From NCBI GenBank assembly GCA_039630085.1, contig JBCNVM010000009.1:1-57620 (forward strand): DNA of 57,620 nt, in the 5' to 3' direction. Below are positions 18,965 through 28,181 of the stretch, piece by piece (within the stretch, counting starts at the first letter, position 1; every line of letters begins with the position of its first letter). The translations under genes and the position numbers were made by a program. A model generated the notes under the pieces. The model was not told the DNA's origin and did not search any database. It worked only from the letters and a program-made list of their open reading frames with translations. This DNA comes from Candidatus Caldarchaeales archaeon (lineage in GTDB: Archaea > Thermoproteota > Nitrososphaeria_A > Caldarchaeales > Calditenuaceae).

Positions 18965-19174
18965 CGCACTCTTCTACGTCTCCGTTTTTAATAAAAATTG
19001 GCATCCTAGGACTGGCTGTGGAGTACGTCGACCGACCGGACGGCTTCATGGGCGAGCAATCCGAGGCCGCGCGTCTATCGGTTCTCTCGGCCGACAGGAG
19101 ATCGACGCGGAGGCGCTCCCGGGACCGGTCGGTCTCGCTCTTTATATTTGGGGAGAGGCCGTGATCGGTTGGGG

Positions 19175-20200
19175 ATGCCGCAGAAGGAGAGGGCGAAGCA
19201 GCAGAAGGAGAGGGAAAAGGTACCGGCCTTCACGGACATCTCGGAGCTCCCGGGGGTCGGGCCCGCAACCGCTGAGAAGCTGAGGGAGATAGGGTTCTCG
19301 ACGGTCGAGGCCCTCGCGACGGCGACCGTGAGCGAGCTGGAGGCCGCAGGGATCGGCGAGAAGAAGGCGCAGGAGCTGATAGAGCTCGCTAGGGAGACGA
19401 TCGAGATCTCGTGGGTGACCGCGAAGGAGCTGATAAAGTACAGGAGCTCGATCGGGAGGATCACCACGGGGAGCAGGTCCCTCGACGCGCTGATCGGCGG
19501 CGGGGTAGAGACTATGTCGATAACGGAGTTCTTCGGCGAGTTCGGGTCGGGGAAGTCACAACTCTGTCACCAGCTAGCGGTCAACGTCCAGCTCCCCGAG
19601 GAGCGCGGGGGCCTGAACGGCGCGGCTCTCTACATCGACACCGAGAACACCTTCAGGATCGAGAGGATCGAGGCGATGGCGAAGAACTTGGGCCTCGAAC
19701 CGGACGCCGCGCTCGAGAGGATCATATACGCCGAGGCCTACAACAGCGACCACCAGATGCTGCTGCTCGAGAAGGCCGACAGGATCATCAAGGAGAACGG
19801 CGTCAGGCTGATCATCGTCGACTCCCTGACGGCCCACTTCAGGAGCGAGTACATCGGGAGGGAGATGCTCGCGGAGAGGCAGCAGAAGCTGAACAAGCAC
19901 ATGCACAGACTCCTTAGGCTCGCGAGGGCCTTCAACGCGGCCGCGGTCGTGACGAACCAAGTTATGGCGAGGCCCGACGAGTTCTTCTCGCCGATGGTCG
20001 TCGCGCCGGTCGGCGGACACATAGTCGGCCACACGAGCCACACGAGGCTCTTCGTCAGGAAGACCGCGGGCAAGAACCTGAGGATCGTGAGGCTGGTCTC
20101 GAGCCCGTACCTCCCCGAGGGAGAGGTGCTGATCAAGATAACCCAGAACGGCATCGAGGACGTCGAGGAGTCCGAGAGGGAGGAGCTAAGGAGGCGGTGA
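19175..20200 (+). CDS. radA: DNA repair and recombination protein RadA
   Basis: HhH N-domain [38 protein letters not shown]; no intein; start moved to ATG 19175. Confidence 0.97.
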   Translation: MPQKERAKQQKEREKVPAFTDISELPGVGPATAEKLREIGFSTVEALATATVSELEAAGIGEKKAQELIELARETIEISWVTAKELIKYRSSIGRITTGSRSLDALIGGGVETMSITEFFGEFGSGKSQLCHQLAVNVQLPEERGGLNGAALYIDTENTFRIERIEAMAKNLGLEPDAALERIIYAEAYNSDHQMLLLEKADRIIKENGVRLIIVDSLTAHFRSEYIGREMLAERQQKLNKHMHRLLRLARAFNAAAVVTNQVMARPDEFFSPMVVAPVGGHIVGHTSHTRLFVRKTAGKNLRIVRLVSSPYLPEGEVLIKITQNGIEDVEESEREELRRR

Positions 20201-20203
20201 GGA

Positions 20204-20581
20204 GTGGACGAGAGGCTCGAGAGGGCCGTGGTGAAGTTCGTCCAGACGCTCTTCTCGGGGAGGTACTCGGACGCGGAGAGGATGATCGAGTCCCTGGAGA
20301 GGCGCGCCAAGTCCGACTCGGAGCACAAGGTCGCGAAGGTCCTGAGGGGGATCCACCTCTCCTACACCACGGACGACGCCGCCTCGCTCGTCTACAGGGC
20401 CTTCAACGCCGAGGACCCGAAGTCCGAGCTCGAGGAGTGCCTGAAGTCGATGAGGGAGGCGAACGGGACCCTCGAGGGCGCATCGGAGGTCCTGGAGGTC
20501 TGGGAGGCGATCCTCAGGAACTTCGACAGGCTGCCGGGACCGGACAGGTACAAGAGGAGGGCCGAGGCCGGCTCGTCCTGA
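20204..20581 (+). CDS. hypothetical alpha-helical protein
   Basis: GTG 3 nt after radA stop with GGTGAGG SD; typical codon usage. Confidence 0.7.
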   Translation: MDERLERAVVKFVQTLFSGRYSDAERMIESLERRAKSDSEHKVAKVLRGIHLSYTTDDAASLVYRAFNAEDPKSELEECLKSMREANGTLEGASEVLEVWEAILRNFDRLPGPDRYKRRAEAGSS

Positions 20582-20593
20582 CTCGAGCCGCCG

Positions 20594-20860
20594 TCACACG
20601 AGCAGGTTGTAGAACAGCAGCCAGCAGGTCAGCCACACGGTCGAGTACGCGCCAACAGCCAGCGTCCAGGCCCTCCTCCCAGTGAGGTGCGGGTTGTCCC
20701 TGCGGACCGGGCCAAGGGTCACGTACGTCACCAGGAGATAGACGCCGGCGGCCATGAGGACCGCGAGGGCCCAGTGAGCGAGGACCGAGAGGTAGGCCGA
20801 GGCCGCGCCCGCGAGGACGCCCACACCCGACTTGACGAGGTAGGCCTTGAGCTCACGCAA
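20594..20860 (-). CDS. small 3-TM protein, EMC6/Rab5ip-like
   Basis: GVLAG in TM1; C-terminal GAYSTVWLTCWLLFYNL resembles EMC6-family end. Confidence 0.55.
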   Translation of the reverse strand: MRELKAYLVKSGVGVLAGAASAYLSVLAHWALAVLMAAGVYLLVTYVTLGPVRRDNPHLTGRRAWTLAVGAYSTVWLTCWLLFYNLLV

Positions 20861-20918
20861 CCCTACCGCGAGACCTACGCTCTCCTAAAATATCTCAGGG
20901 CGGAGACGGGGGTTCGCC

Positions 20919-21569
20919 TCAGACGACGAGCTCCCTCAGCCCCTCGCTGACGCCCTCCCTTCTCTTGCCCATGCAGACCATGTAGACCTCCGAGGACCTT
21001 TTCCTCAGCGTCGGTGGGGTCACGACCCTCCTGTAGGCTTCGAAGGACCTCCTCAGCCTCTGCTCCACGGCTTGGAGCTCGGGACATTCGAAGGCCTTGA
21101 AGGCGGCGTTTCCGCCCTTAGCCAGGACGACGTCGGAGACCTCAATCGCCCTCACGGTCAGCAGGAGCTGGTTGAAGACGTCGACGTCCCTTGCGCCGGT
21201 GAACTTCGGGGAAGCGTCGGAGACGAGGACGTCACACCTCACGCCGCCCAGCGCGTCCAGGATCGCCTCGGAGGCCTTCGGGTCCTCGATGTCCATCCTC
21301 AAGAACCTCACGTTCTCAGCCCTGAAGACCGGCTCCCTGAGGTCCACCGCGACCACGAGGCCCTCGGGTCCGACGATCTCCGACTCGACCTTGAGCATAC
21401 CTCCGGGCCAGGAGCCGATGTCGACGACCACGTCACCCCTCCTGAGTATCCCGTACTTCTGCTGGATGTAGAGGAGCTTGTAGGCGGCCCTAGAGGGGTA
21501 ACCCTCGGCCTTCGCCCGCCTGTGCCAGGGGTCTTCCCGCCGCTCGGCTAGCCACCTCGCCTTGCTCAC
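20919..21569 (-). CDS. rlmE: 23S rRNA 2'-O-ribose methyltransferase RlmE/FtsJ
   Basis: GYPSRAAYKL, DIGSWPGG, VSDASP, SSEVY (K-D-K-E tetrad). Confidence 0.92.
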   Translation of the reverse strand: MSKARWLAERREDPWHRRAKAEGYPSRAAYKLLYIQQKYGILRRGDVVVDIGSWPGGMLKVESEIVGPEGLVVAVDLREPVFRAENVRFLRMDIEDPKASEAILDALGGVRCDVLVSDASPKFTGARDVDVFNQLLLTVRAIEVSDVVLAKGGNAAFKAFECPELQAVEQRLRRSFEAYRRVVTPPTLRKRSSEVYMVCMGKRREGVSEGLRELVV

Positions 21570-21620
21570 GGATCGCTTGTATGAACGGAAGACCCGTCGG
21601 ATTAAGGATTCCGTGCCGGC

Positions 21621-22103
21621 TCAGGGCGTGATGAGGATGGGCACCCTTAGGCCTTCGAGGACCTCCATCAGCCTCCTGAACTCCTTGTTGGCCCTCTTCG
21701 AGGGGAAGGTCACTACGACCTTCGACGGCCCGACCGGCAGGTCCAGAAAGGCGTACTTCGCGCTCTCCGTCGTCTCGATGAGGTAGTCGCACCCTATCCC
21801 CCTCGACCTGAGGTACTCGAGGTGCGGTTTGAGCGCCTGCTCCCCGAGAAGCCTGACGTAGAGCCACCACGGGCTCTCACCCTTCCACTCGGTCCTCGCG
21901 TACTCGTTGAAGCCCTTCGGCAGGGACCTCGGCCTCCTCACGACCGCGACCAGCAGGACCTCTTGACCCGACGCCGCAGCCTCCTCCGCCGCGACCTCCA
22001 CGGCCCTCCTCGGGTCGACGTCCTCGAATATCGGCACAACGATCGGCCTAGCCTGCACCTGCTCGGTCGCGACCCACCTCGCCCGACCTTCCAGCCCGCT
22101 CAT
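21621..22103 (-). CDS. hypothetical protein, universal-stress-protein-like fold
   Basis: IVVPI..RAVEVAAEEA...VLLVAVV N-terminal pattern and C-terminal VPILITP. Confidence 0.55.
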   Translation of the reverse strand: MSGLEGRARWVATEQVQARPIVVPIFEDVDPRRAVEVAAEEAAASGQEVLLVAVVRRPRSLPKGFNEYARTEWKGESPWWLYVRLLGEQALKPHLEYLRSRGIGCDYLIETTESAKYAFLDLPVGPSKVVVTFPSKRANKEFRRLMEVLEGLRVPILITP

Positions 22104-22180
22104 TCCGCCGGTGGCCGGACTGGGGTCGATTTAGCCGGTCCGTATAGTCGTCACCGACCTCCCTGACCTGCATTTACGAA

Positions 22181-22202
22181 GTATATACACGGTATAGACA
22201 CG
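22181..22202. repeat. tandem 11-bp direct repeat GTATA(T/G)ACACG in a divergent intergenic region
   Basis: gtatatacacg (22181-22191) followed by gtatagacacg (22192-22202). Confidence 0.6.
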
Positions 22203-22412
22203 GAAGGAGCGGTCCGGGCTCGAGGCCCCCTACAGCAAGGCGGGCGAATGTCCCGGTCACGCGGCGGGGTCAGGACTGTTCGACGCAGAGTTCAGGGCCC
22301 CTGCACAGAGGGCTCGTCGAGTTACACGCGTCACGATCCTTTTGGCGATCGGACTTCACGTCAATCCGCTCCGGTTAGGATATAAAACGTCCCCGAAGGA
22401 GTCTAGTGGCGT

Positions 22413-23912
22413 ATGGAGCCCGGGCTGAAGATCAACCTCTTCATCGAGGGCCAGGAGGTAGAGCCGTCAACCGGTTCGTACATCCCCCGCAGGGACCCGG
22501 GCGACGAGAGCCGGATAATCGGTTACACCGCTGACGGGTCGAAGGACGTGGGCGCTGCGGTCGACGCGGCGAGGCGGGCCTTCGACGGCGACGTCGGCGG
22601 CTGGGTCTCCGACTACAGGCTGAGGGCGAGGGTGCTCTTCAGGGCAGCGGAGCTGATACGAGAGGACCTCGAGAGGCTCGCAAGGCTCGAGAGCCTCTTC
22701 TCGGGGAAGACCATTAGGACCAGTCGGATGAGCGACATACCGAGGGCAGCCGAGATCGTGGAGTTCTACGCGGGACTGGCCGACAAGGTGCTTGGGACCA
22801 GCCAGATTCACAGGACCGGGGACCTGGTCGCGGTCGTGAGGCAGCCGGTGGGCGTCGTGGCAGCGGTCACGCCGTGGAACTTCCCCTTCCTCATCCTCTG
22901 CAGGCAGGTCGCGCCGGCTTTGGCAGCTGGGTGCACCGTGGTCGCGAAGCCGTCGTCCCTGACCTCCGCCTCCGCGGTAGAGCTAGCGAAGATCCTCGCG
23001 AAGGCCGGCGCGCCGAAGGGCGTCTTCAACGTCGTCACCGGCGGGGGCGAAACGGTGGGAGGCGCGCTGATAGCGAACGAGAAGGTGGACGCCGTCAACT
23101 TCACCGGCGAGACCTCGACGGGAAAGTGGATACTCGAGAGGGCCTCGAAGACCCTGAAGAGAGTGGTGTTGGAGCTGGGAGGGAAGAACCCGAACATCGT
23201 CTTCGACGACGCAGACCTCGAGAGGGCGGCCAACGCGGTCACCTACGGCGCCTACGCCAACAACGGCGAGTCGTGCGCGGCGGGCTCGAGGCTCCTGGTC
23301 CACTCGAGGGTCAAGGAGAAGCTGGTGAGGATGGTCGTGGAGAGGGTCAGCAGGCTTAAAGTGGGCCACCAGCTCGAGGAGAGCAGCGACCTCGGTCCCT
23401 TGGTCAGCAGGGGCCAGCTCGACAGCGTGATGGAGTACGTGGCCGCAGCTGCTTCCGAGGGCCTGAAGATCGCGTACGGCGGGAACAGGCTCACCGACGG
23501 AACCTACTCCAGGGGCAACTACATGCAGCCCACCGTGGTCGAGGACGTGCCGCCGGAGAGCAAGCTCTTCCAGGAGGAGATCTTCGGGCCGGTCCTGACG
23601 GTCACCGAGTTCAGAGACGAGGAAGAGGCCGTGAGGCTCGCGAACCAGACGATCTACGGGCTCGCGGCCGGGGTCTGGAGCTCGGACCTCGGAAGGGCTC
23701 TCCGGGTCGCGGAACGGGTGAAGGCGGGAGCTGTCTGGATCAACACCTACTACACGCTGCCGGTGGAGATGCCCTGGGGAGGGTTCAAGCAGTCCGGGTT
23801 GGGCAGGAACAACACCGTCCTCGCGATAGAGCACTACCTCGAGGTCAAGGGGATCTACTTCGACAGCCAGCAGGGTCCGATGAGGCCGTACTACAAGTTG
23901 GTGCTCGGGTGA
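22413..23912 (+). CDS. aldehyde dehydrogenase
   Basis: TPWNFP, KPS, FTGET, LELGGK, NGESCAAG catalytic Cys, EEIFGP, PWGGFKQSG. Confidence 0.95.
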   Translation: MEPGLKINLFIEGQEVEPSTGSYIPRRDPGDESRIIGYTADGSKDVGAAVDAARRAFDGDVGGWVSDYRLRARVLFRAAELIREDLERLARLESLFSGKTIRTSRMSDIPRAAEIVEFYAGLADKVLGTSQIHRTGDLVAVVRQPVGVVAAVTPWNFPFLILCRQVAPALAAGCTVVAKPSSLTSASAVELAKILAKAGAPKGVFNVVTGGGETVGGALIANEKVDAVNFTGETSTGKWILERASKTLKRVVLELGGKNPNIVFDDADLERAANAVTYGAYANNGESCAAGSRLLVHSRVKEKLVRMVVERVSRLKVGHQLEESSDLGPLVSRGQLDSVMEYVAAAASEGLKIAYGGNRLTDGTYSRGNYMQPTVVEDVPPESKLFQEEIFGPVLTVTEFRDEEEAVRLANQTIYGLAAGVWSSDLGRALRVAERVKAGAVWINTYYTLPVEMPWGGFKQSGLGRNNTVLAIEHYLEVKGIYFDSQQGPMRPYYKLVLG

Positions 23913-24021
23913 AGGGGCGACTAGAACCCGGAACCTGTCCCATGGGTCTTCCCGGTCGGCGTCGCCGCTCGACAAGGGCGCCGAGATAACCATAATAGCC
24001 GTGAGGCGATACTGAACCGGA

Positions 24022-24603
24022 ATGGCTTCGGAGAAGAGATTGGTGCTCCCCGGCGAGAGGGTCGGCGTGATCGAGGAGTTCGTTCACAGGGAGGGGCTCT
24101 GGGCTAACAGGAGGGGCGAGATACTGGCGAAGAAGGCCGGAGCGGCGCAGTACGACCTCAGGCAGCACGAGGTCTCCCTGAGGCCGTTCACGAGGGACGC
24201 CAAGCCGAGGCCTGGTGACACGGTGCTCGCGGCGGTCAGGGAACTCCAGGACAGGGTGATGTGGTGCGAGATCCTCGGCGTGGCGGGGACGAAGAAGGTG
24301 CTGCGTTACAGCGGGGCCATCCTGAGGACATCGAAGCTGCTCGACTACAACGTCGGAGACTTGGTCCTGGCGAAAGTCGTCGACGACACCTTCGGCACCT
24401 ACACGCTCTCCGTGGAGGGGAAGGAGCTCGGACTTGTCCTCGGGTTCTGCGACGTCTGCGGGAGACCCCTGGTCAACCGGGTCAACCTCCTGAACTGCGG
24501 GACCTGCAGGAGGACGTACAGGAAGAAGGTCTCGACGCTCTACCGGAACTTCGGCAAATTGCTATTTATGTTCCCGGCGGCCGCGATGGTCCAGGTGCGC
24601 TGA
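24022..24603 (+). CDS. csl4: exosome complex component Csl4
   Basis: VLPGERVGVIEEF N-terminus, S1 domain, ELGLV..CDVCG..CGTC..RKKVS Zn ribbon; upstream of rpoL. Confidence 0.88.
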   Translation: MASEKRLVLPGERVGVIEEFVHREGLWANRRGEILAKKAGAAQYDLRQHEVSLRPFTRDAKPRPGDTVLAAVRELQDRVMWCEILGVAGTKKVLRYSGAILRTSKLLDYNVGDLVLAKVVDDTFGTYTLSVEGKELGLVLGFCDVCGRPLVNRVNLLNCGTCRRTYRKKVSTLYRNFGKLLFMFPAAAMVQVR

Positions 24604-24605
24604 AT

Positions 24606-24923
24606 TTGGGGATCAGAGTCAGGGTCGTCGAGAGGTCAGACCTCCACCTCGTCCTCGAGGTCGAGGGCGTCGACTTCAGCGTCCTGGACTCGCTCCAAGA
24701 GGTCCTGAACGGGATGGAGGAGGTCGAGTACGCTGGCACCGCGCTCATCCACCCGCTCCACCAGAGGCTCAGGTTCGTCCTCAGGGTGAAGCGGGGGCAC
24801 GACGTCCGGTCGGTGTTGGGGAAGGGGCTCGCGAGGCTCCGGGACCTCGCCTCCTCCCTCAGGGCATCGATCGAGGACGCGGTCGAGCGGGTCCGAGGAG
24901 AGGCAAGGGCGCCTCAGAGGTGA
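24606..24923 (+). CDS. rpo11: DNA-directed RNA polymerase subunit L (Rpo11), divergent
   Basis: LEVEG..., VEYAG...HPL motif; conserved csl4-rpoL synteny; TTG 24606 with AGGTG SD. Confidence 0.75.
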   Translation: MGIRVRVVERSDLHLVLEVEGVDFSVLDSLQEVLNGMEEVEYAGTALIHPLHQRLRFVLRVKRGHDVRSVLGKGLARLRDLASSLRASIEDAVERVRGEARAPQR

Positions 24924-24986
24924 GACCTCGGCCTCCCGACTCGCTCCTTACACCTTTATAGCGACGGAGCCCGGAGGTGCGCAGGG

Positions 24987-25601
24987 TTGGACGCGACCAC
25001 GAGGAGGCTGCTGAACCGGTCGAGGGTCAAGGCGGAGATAGAGGAGTTCGTCAGGAACTACCTCAAGGACGCCTTCATCGGAAAGGTGGACATCGTGATG
25101 ACGCCGATCTGGACGACCGTCACCATCTACACGATGAGGCCGGGGCTGGTGATAGGCCCGAGGGGGAGGAGGATCAAGGCGCTCCAGTCTGAGCTCGAGC
25201 AGAGGCTCAAGCTCGAGAACCTGCAGATAGTAGTCTCGGAGGTGGAAGCGCCGGAGCTGGACCCGAACATCATGGCGAAGAGGATCGCGCAGGCGATGGC
25301 CGCGGGGATCAGGTGGAGGAGGATCGCGTTCTGGGCCCTCAGGAGGATCATGGAGGCTGGCGCGAGGGGGGCGGAGATCGTCATCAGCGGGAAGCTCACC
25401 TCCGCTAGAGCGAGGTCCGAGAAGTACACGGCGGGGCTGATCCCGAAGTCCGGATACTACGCGACCAAGGTGAGGAAGGGGGTCGCGCACGTCCAGCTGC
25501 CGGCCGGCATCTTCGGCGTCAAGGTGCTGATCTACCCGCCGACCGAGCACCTGGTCGAGGAGGTCAAGGTGGAGGGAGGTGAGGAGAGGCTTGGTCCGTG
25601 A
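24987..25601 (+). CDS. rps3: 30S ribosomal protein S3 (uS3)
   Basis: KH motif RPGLVIG..G, GARGAEIVISGKL, GIFGVKVLI. Confidence 0.95.
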   Translation: MDATTRRLLNRSRVKAEIEEFVRNYLKDAFIGKVDIVMTPIWTTVTIYTMRPGLVIGPRGRRIKALQSELEQRLKLENLQIVVSEVEAPELDPNIMAKRIAQAMAAGIRWRRIAFWALRRIMEAGARGAEIVISGKLTSARARSEKYTAGLIPKSGYYATKVRKGVAHVQLPAGIFGVKVLIYPPTEHLVEEVKVEGGEERLGP

Positions 25602-25812
25602 GGTGGAGGAGCTTAAGGAGAAGTCCGACGCCGAGCTGTTGGAGGAGATCTCCGAGATCAAGACCGAGCTGAGGTCCCTCAGGACGAAGATCGAGGCCGG
25701 AGGCCGCGTCGAGAACCCCATGAGGCTCAGGAACCTCAGGAGGAGGCTCGCGAGGGCCCTCACGATCCTGCGGGAGAGGAGGGTTGGGGCGGAGGCCGCG
25801 CGGAGGAAGTGA
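25579..25812 (+). CDS. rpl29: 50S ribosomal protein L29 (uL29)
   Basis: ENPMRLRNLRRRLARALTI; follows rps3. Confidence 0.92.
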   Translation: MRRGLVREVEELKEKSDAELLEEISEIKTELRSLRTKIEAGGRVENPMRLRNLRRRLARALTILRERRVGAEAARRK

Positions 25813-26086
25813 GCGGCTGAGGGCGCCTGTGACCCTTCTGGGCTACAGGGCGGTCGCGGAAGAGGGAGGCCGCAGCGTCGAGGGCGTGATCGTGGACGAG
25901 TCGGCGAACCTCATCACTTTGAGGACATCTGACGGGCGTGTCGTCAGGCTGATCAAATCGAACTGCGAGAGGCTGGTGCTGGAGCTCGGCGACGGCACCA
26001 AGATCAGCACGGTGGGACGGAGGCTATTGGGAACTCCGGCGGAGAGGCTGAAGAGGCAGAGGAGGGGCTGGGAGAGGCCCTGTTAA
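25784..26086 (+). CDS. rnp1: ribonuclease P protein component 1 (Rpp29/Pop4)
   Basis: EGVIVDESAN and GRRLLGTPAERLK; usual position after rpl29. Confidence 0.8.
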   Translation: MGRRPRGGSERLRAPVTLLGYRAVAEEGGRSVEGVIVDESANLITLRTSDGRVVRLIKSNCERLVLELGDGTKISTVGRRLLGTPAERLKRQRRGWERPC

Positions 26087-26173
26087 CCGCACTCGCCTGA
26101 GGACCGACCATCGAGACCGGAAATTCCGTTCGCGCTGGACTCAGACAGAGCAACCAAGCGTGGGTGTCGCAGC

Positions 26174-26674
26174 TCACAGGCCAGGCCGCTCAGGTCGCCA
26201 CGCGGGACGGGACCCTCTCCGGTAGACCAGCATCTCTCGGTCAACCCGCATCACGAGCGTCGAGTAGTTGTCCTTGTAGGTCTTGTGACGAACCACGACC
26301 GTGCCGACGTCAACCCTTTCGGGCGCCTCGCGACTCTCGAGCACTTCGGAGATGACGTGTAGTGTGTCTCCGTCGAAGACGGGGGCCGTCATCCTCAAGT
26401 CGCGAATCTCCACCTCCCTCGCCACGTTCTTGAAGTCCTCCGAGGCGATCCCGAAGGTCACTCCGAGCACCAGAGTCATCACGAGGAGCGGTCTCTTGAA
26501 CTCCGTGAACTCCATGTACTCTCTGTCGAAGTGGAGGGGCGAGGCGTTGAGGAGGAGATGCGAGAGCAGCAGGTTGTCCTGGAACGTCACCGTTCTCCCG
26601 CGCCTGTGGACTATCACCTGTCCGCTCTTCAGGTCCTCGAAGAAGAGCCCTTGGTAGCCGAGGTGTTCGCTCAC
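26174..26674 (-). CDS. MaoC family (hotdog) dehydratase
   Basis: GLFFEDL..G, GRTVT, NASPLHFD, APVFDGDTL; GTG 26674 overlaps stop of upstream paralog. Confidence 0.88.
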   Translation of the reverse strand: MSEHLGYQGLFFEDLKSGQVIVHRRGRTVTFQDNLLLSHLLLNASPLHFDREYMEFTEFKRPLLVMTLVLGVTFGIASEDFKNVAREVEIRDLRMTAPVFDGDTLHVISEVLESREAPERVDVGTVVVRHKTYKDNYSTLVMRVDREMLVYRRGSRPAWRPERPGL

Positions 26675-27186
26675 TCGCCAGCCACCCCGGACTCCCTGAG
26701 GTAACGCCTCCATGGCGAGTAGGCCCTCTTGTAGACTAAGTTGGTCCTCTTGACCTCGCAGACCAGGTCCCCACTCTGGTCGTAGCCGCGGTGAATCCAC
26801 GTCACGATTCCCGCGTCGGGGCGCGACTTCGACTCGCGGACCTCGACCACCTCGGTCTCCACGTAGAGCGTGTCGCCCGGCCGCAGGTACCTGTGCGTCC
26901 TCATGTACTCCGCGCCGAGGAAGGCAAGGGTGTTGGCGCTCGTGTCCTTGACGCTCAAGGCGATCGCCGTGTTCAGGACCACGAGGGGATGGATGACGGT
27001 GCCTCCGAACTCCGTCGATCTGGCGAAATGGCTGTCGACGTAGAGGGGCACGCAGTCGCCGGTCACCGAGGTCCAGAGGATGTTGTCGCACTCGCTGAAC
27101 GTCCGGCCGGGCCACGACCTTATCCGCATGCCGGGCTTGAAGTCTTCGAAATAGGGCCCCTCTCCGTCCAAAGGGACTTCCTGCAT
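26671..27186 (-). CDS. MaoC family (hotdog) dehydratase
   Basis: GPYFEDF..G, GRTF, GDCVPLYVD, PGDTLY, RESKSRPDAGIV. Confidence 0.88.
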   Translation of the reverse strand: MQEVPLDGEGPYFEDFKPGMRIRSWPGRTFSECDNILWTSVTGDCVPLYVDSHFARSTEFGGTVIHPLVVLNTAIALSVKDTSANTLAFLGAEYMRTHRYLRPGDTLYVETEVVEVRESKSRPDAGIVTWIHRGYDQSGDLVCEVKRTNLVYKRAYSPWRRYLRESGVAGE

Positions 27187-27409
27187 GCGCGGTCACCCGG
27201 TCAACCGTTCGCTCGTTCGGTGTGCGGCGCCCTCATCGATATAAGGACACTCGGCGCGTCTGCGACAAGGCCGGCCGGCACCTGCATCTCGAGGCCCTCG
27301 CAGTCTGAACGGCTGAGCAGACTGAAGCCCACACGCCCGGCGCACCGGAAGAACGGACGACGCGCTCACGGTTATTAAAGTGGCACTGGTTCCAGCTACC
27401 AGATCGGAG

Positions 27410-27757
27410 ATGGCGAGGAACATCGGGATAGACGTCGCCCCACCGGCGAAGGAGTGCGACGACGTGGCCTGCCCCTTCCACGGGCACCTGAAGGTCAGGG
27501 GGATCATACTCGAGGGCAGGGTCTTCAAGAAGTACATGAGGAAGACCGTGGTCGTTGAGAGGGACATCACGATCTACGTCAGGAAGTACAAGAGGTACAT
27601 GAGGAAGAGGAAGAGGATGTCGGTCCACCTGCCTCCGTGCATCGACGTCGAGGTCGGAGACACGGTAAGGTTCGCGGAGTGCAGGCCGATCTCCAAGACC
27701 AAGAGCTTCGTCGTTATCGAGAACCTGAGCAGGAGGGGTGGTGGGGTTGGCGCGTAG
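27410..27757 (+). CDS. rps17: 30S ribosomal protein S17 (uS17)
   Basis: CDDVACPFHG, VRG..LEG, KYKRY, ECRPISKTK; start moved to ATG 27410, ~30 nt after TTATTAAA. Confidence 0.96.
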   Translation: MARNIGIDVAPPAKECDDVACPFHGHLKVRGIILEGRVFKKYMRKTVVVERDITIYVRKYKRYMRKRKRMSVHLPPCIDVEVGDTVRFAECRPISKTKSFVVIENLSRRGGGVGA

Positions 27758-28181
27758 GTCTAGGGCGGTAGCCGAGGTAGGCCTGCTGCTCGTCAAGCCC
27801 AACATACCGAGGACCATCAACGTCGGGTCCTACGTCAACTGCACCGACAACTCGGGCGCGCAGATCCTTAAGGTGGTCAACGTGATCGGCGTCAAGCAGA
27901 GGCTGAGGAGGCAGCCTGCCGCCTGCGTCGGGGACCTAGTGGCAGTGACCGTGAAGAAGGGCGACGTCGAGCTGAGGAAGAAGGTCCTCTACGCGGTTAT
28001 CGTCAGGCAGAAGAAGCCCTACAGGAGGCCCGACGGGACCTGGATCTCATTCGAGGACACGGCTGCGGTGGTCGTGACTCCGGAGGGCGACGTGAAGGCG
28101 ACGGAGATCAGGGGGCCGGTCGCGAAGGAGGCCGCGGAGAGGTGGCCGAAGATAGCGAACCTCGCCTCGATCATCGTCTAG
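27738..28181 (+). CDS. rpl14: 50S ribosomal protein L14 (uL14)
   Basis: DNSGA, VGD, AVIVRQKK, FED, GPVAKEAAERWP. Confidence 0.96.
   Translation: MVGLARRSRAVAEVGLLLVKPNIPRTINVGSYVNCTDNSGAQILKVVNVIGVKQRLRRQPAACVGDLVAVTVKKGDVELRKKVLYAVIVRQKKPYRRPDGTWISFEDTAAVVVTPEGDVKATEIRGPVAKEAAERWPKIANLASIIV

Noticed and set aside
22200-22380. SRP RNA or RNase P RNA in the large intergenic gap
   Set aside because: No SRP helix-8 motif or RNase P P4 signature recognised on either strand; the gap is also tight once promoters are allowed for.
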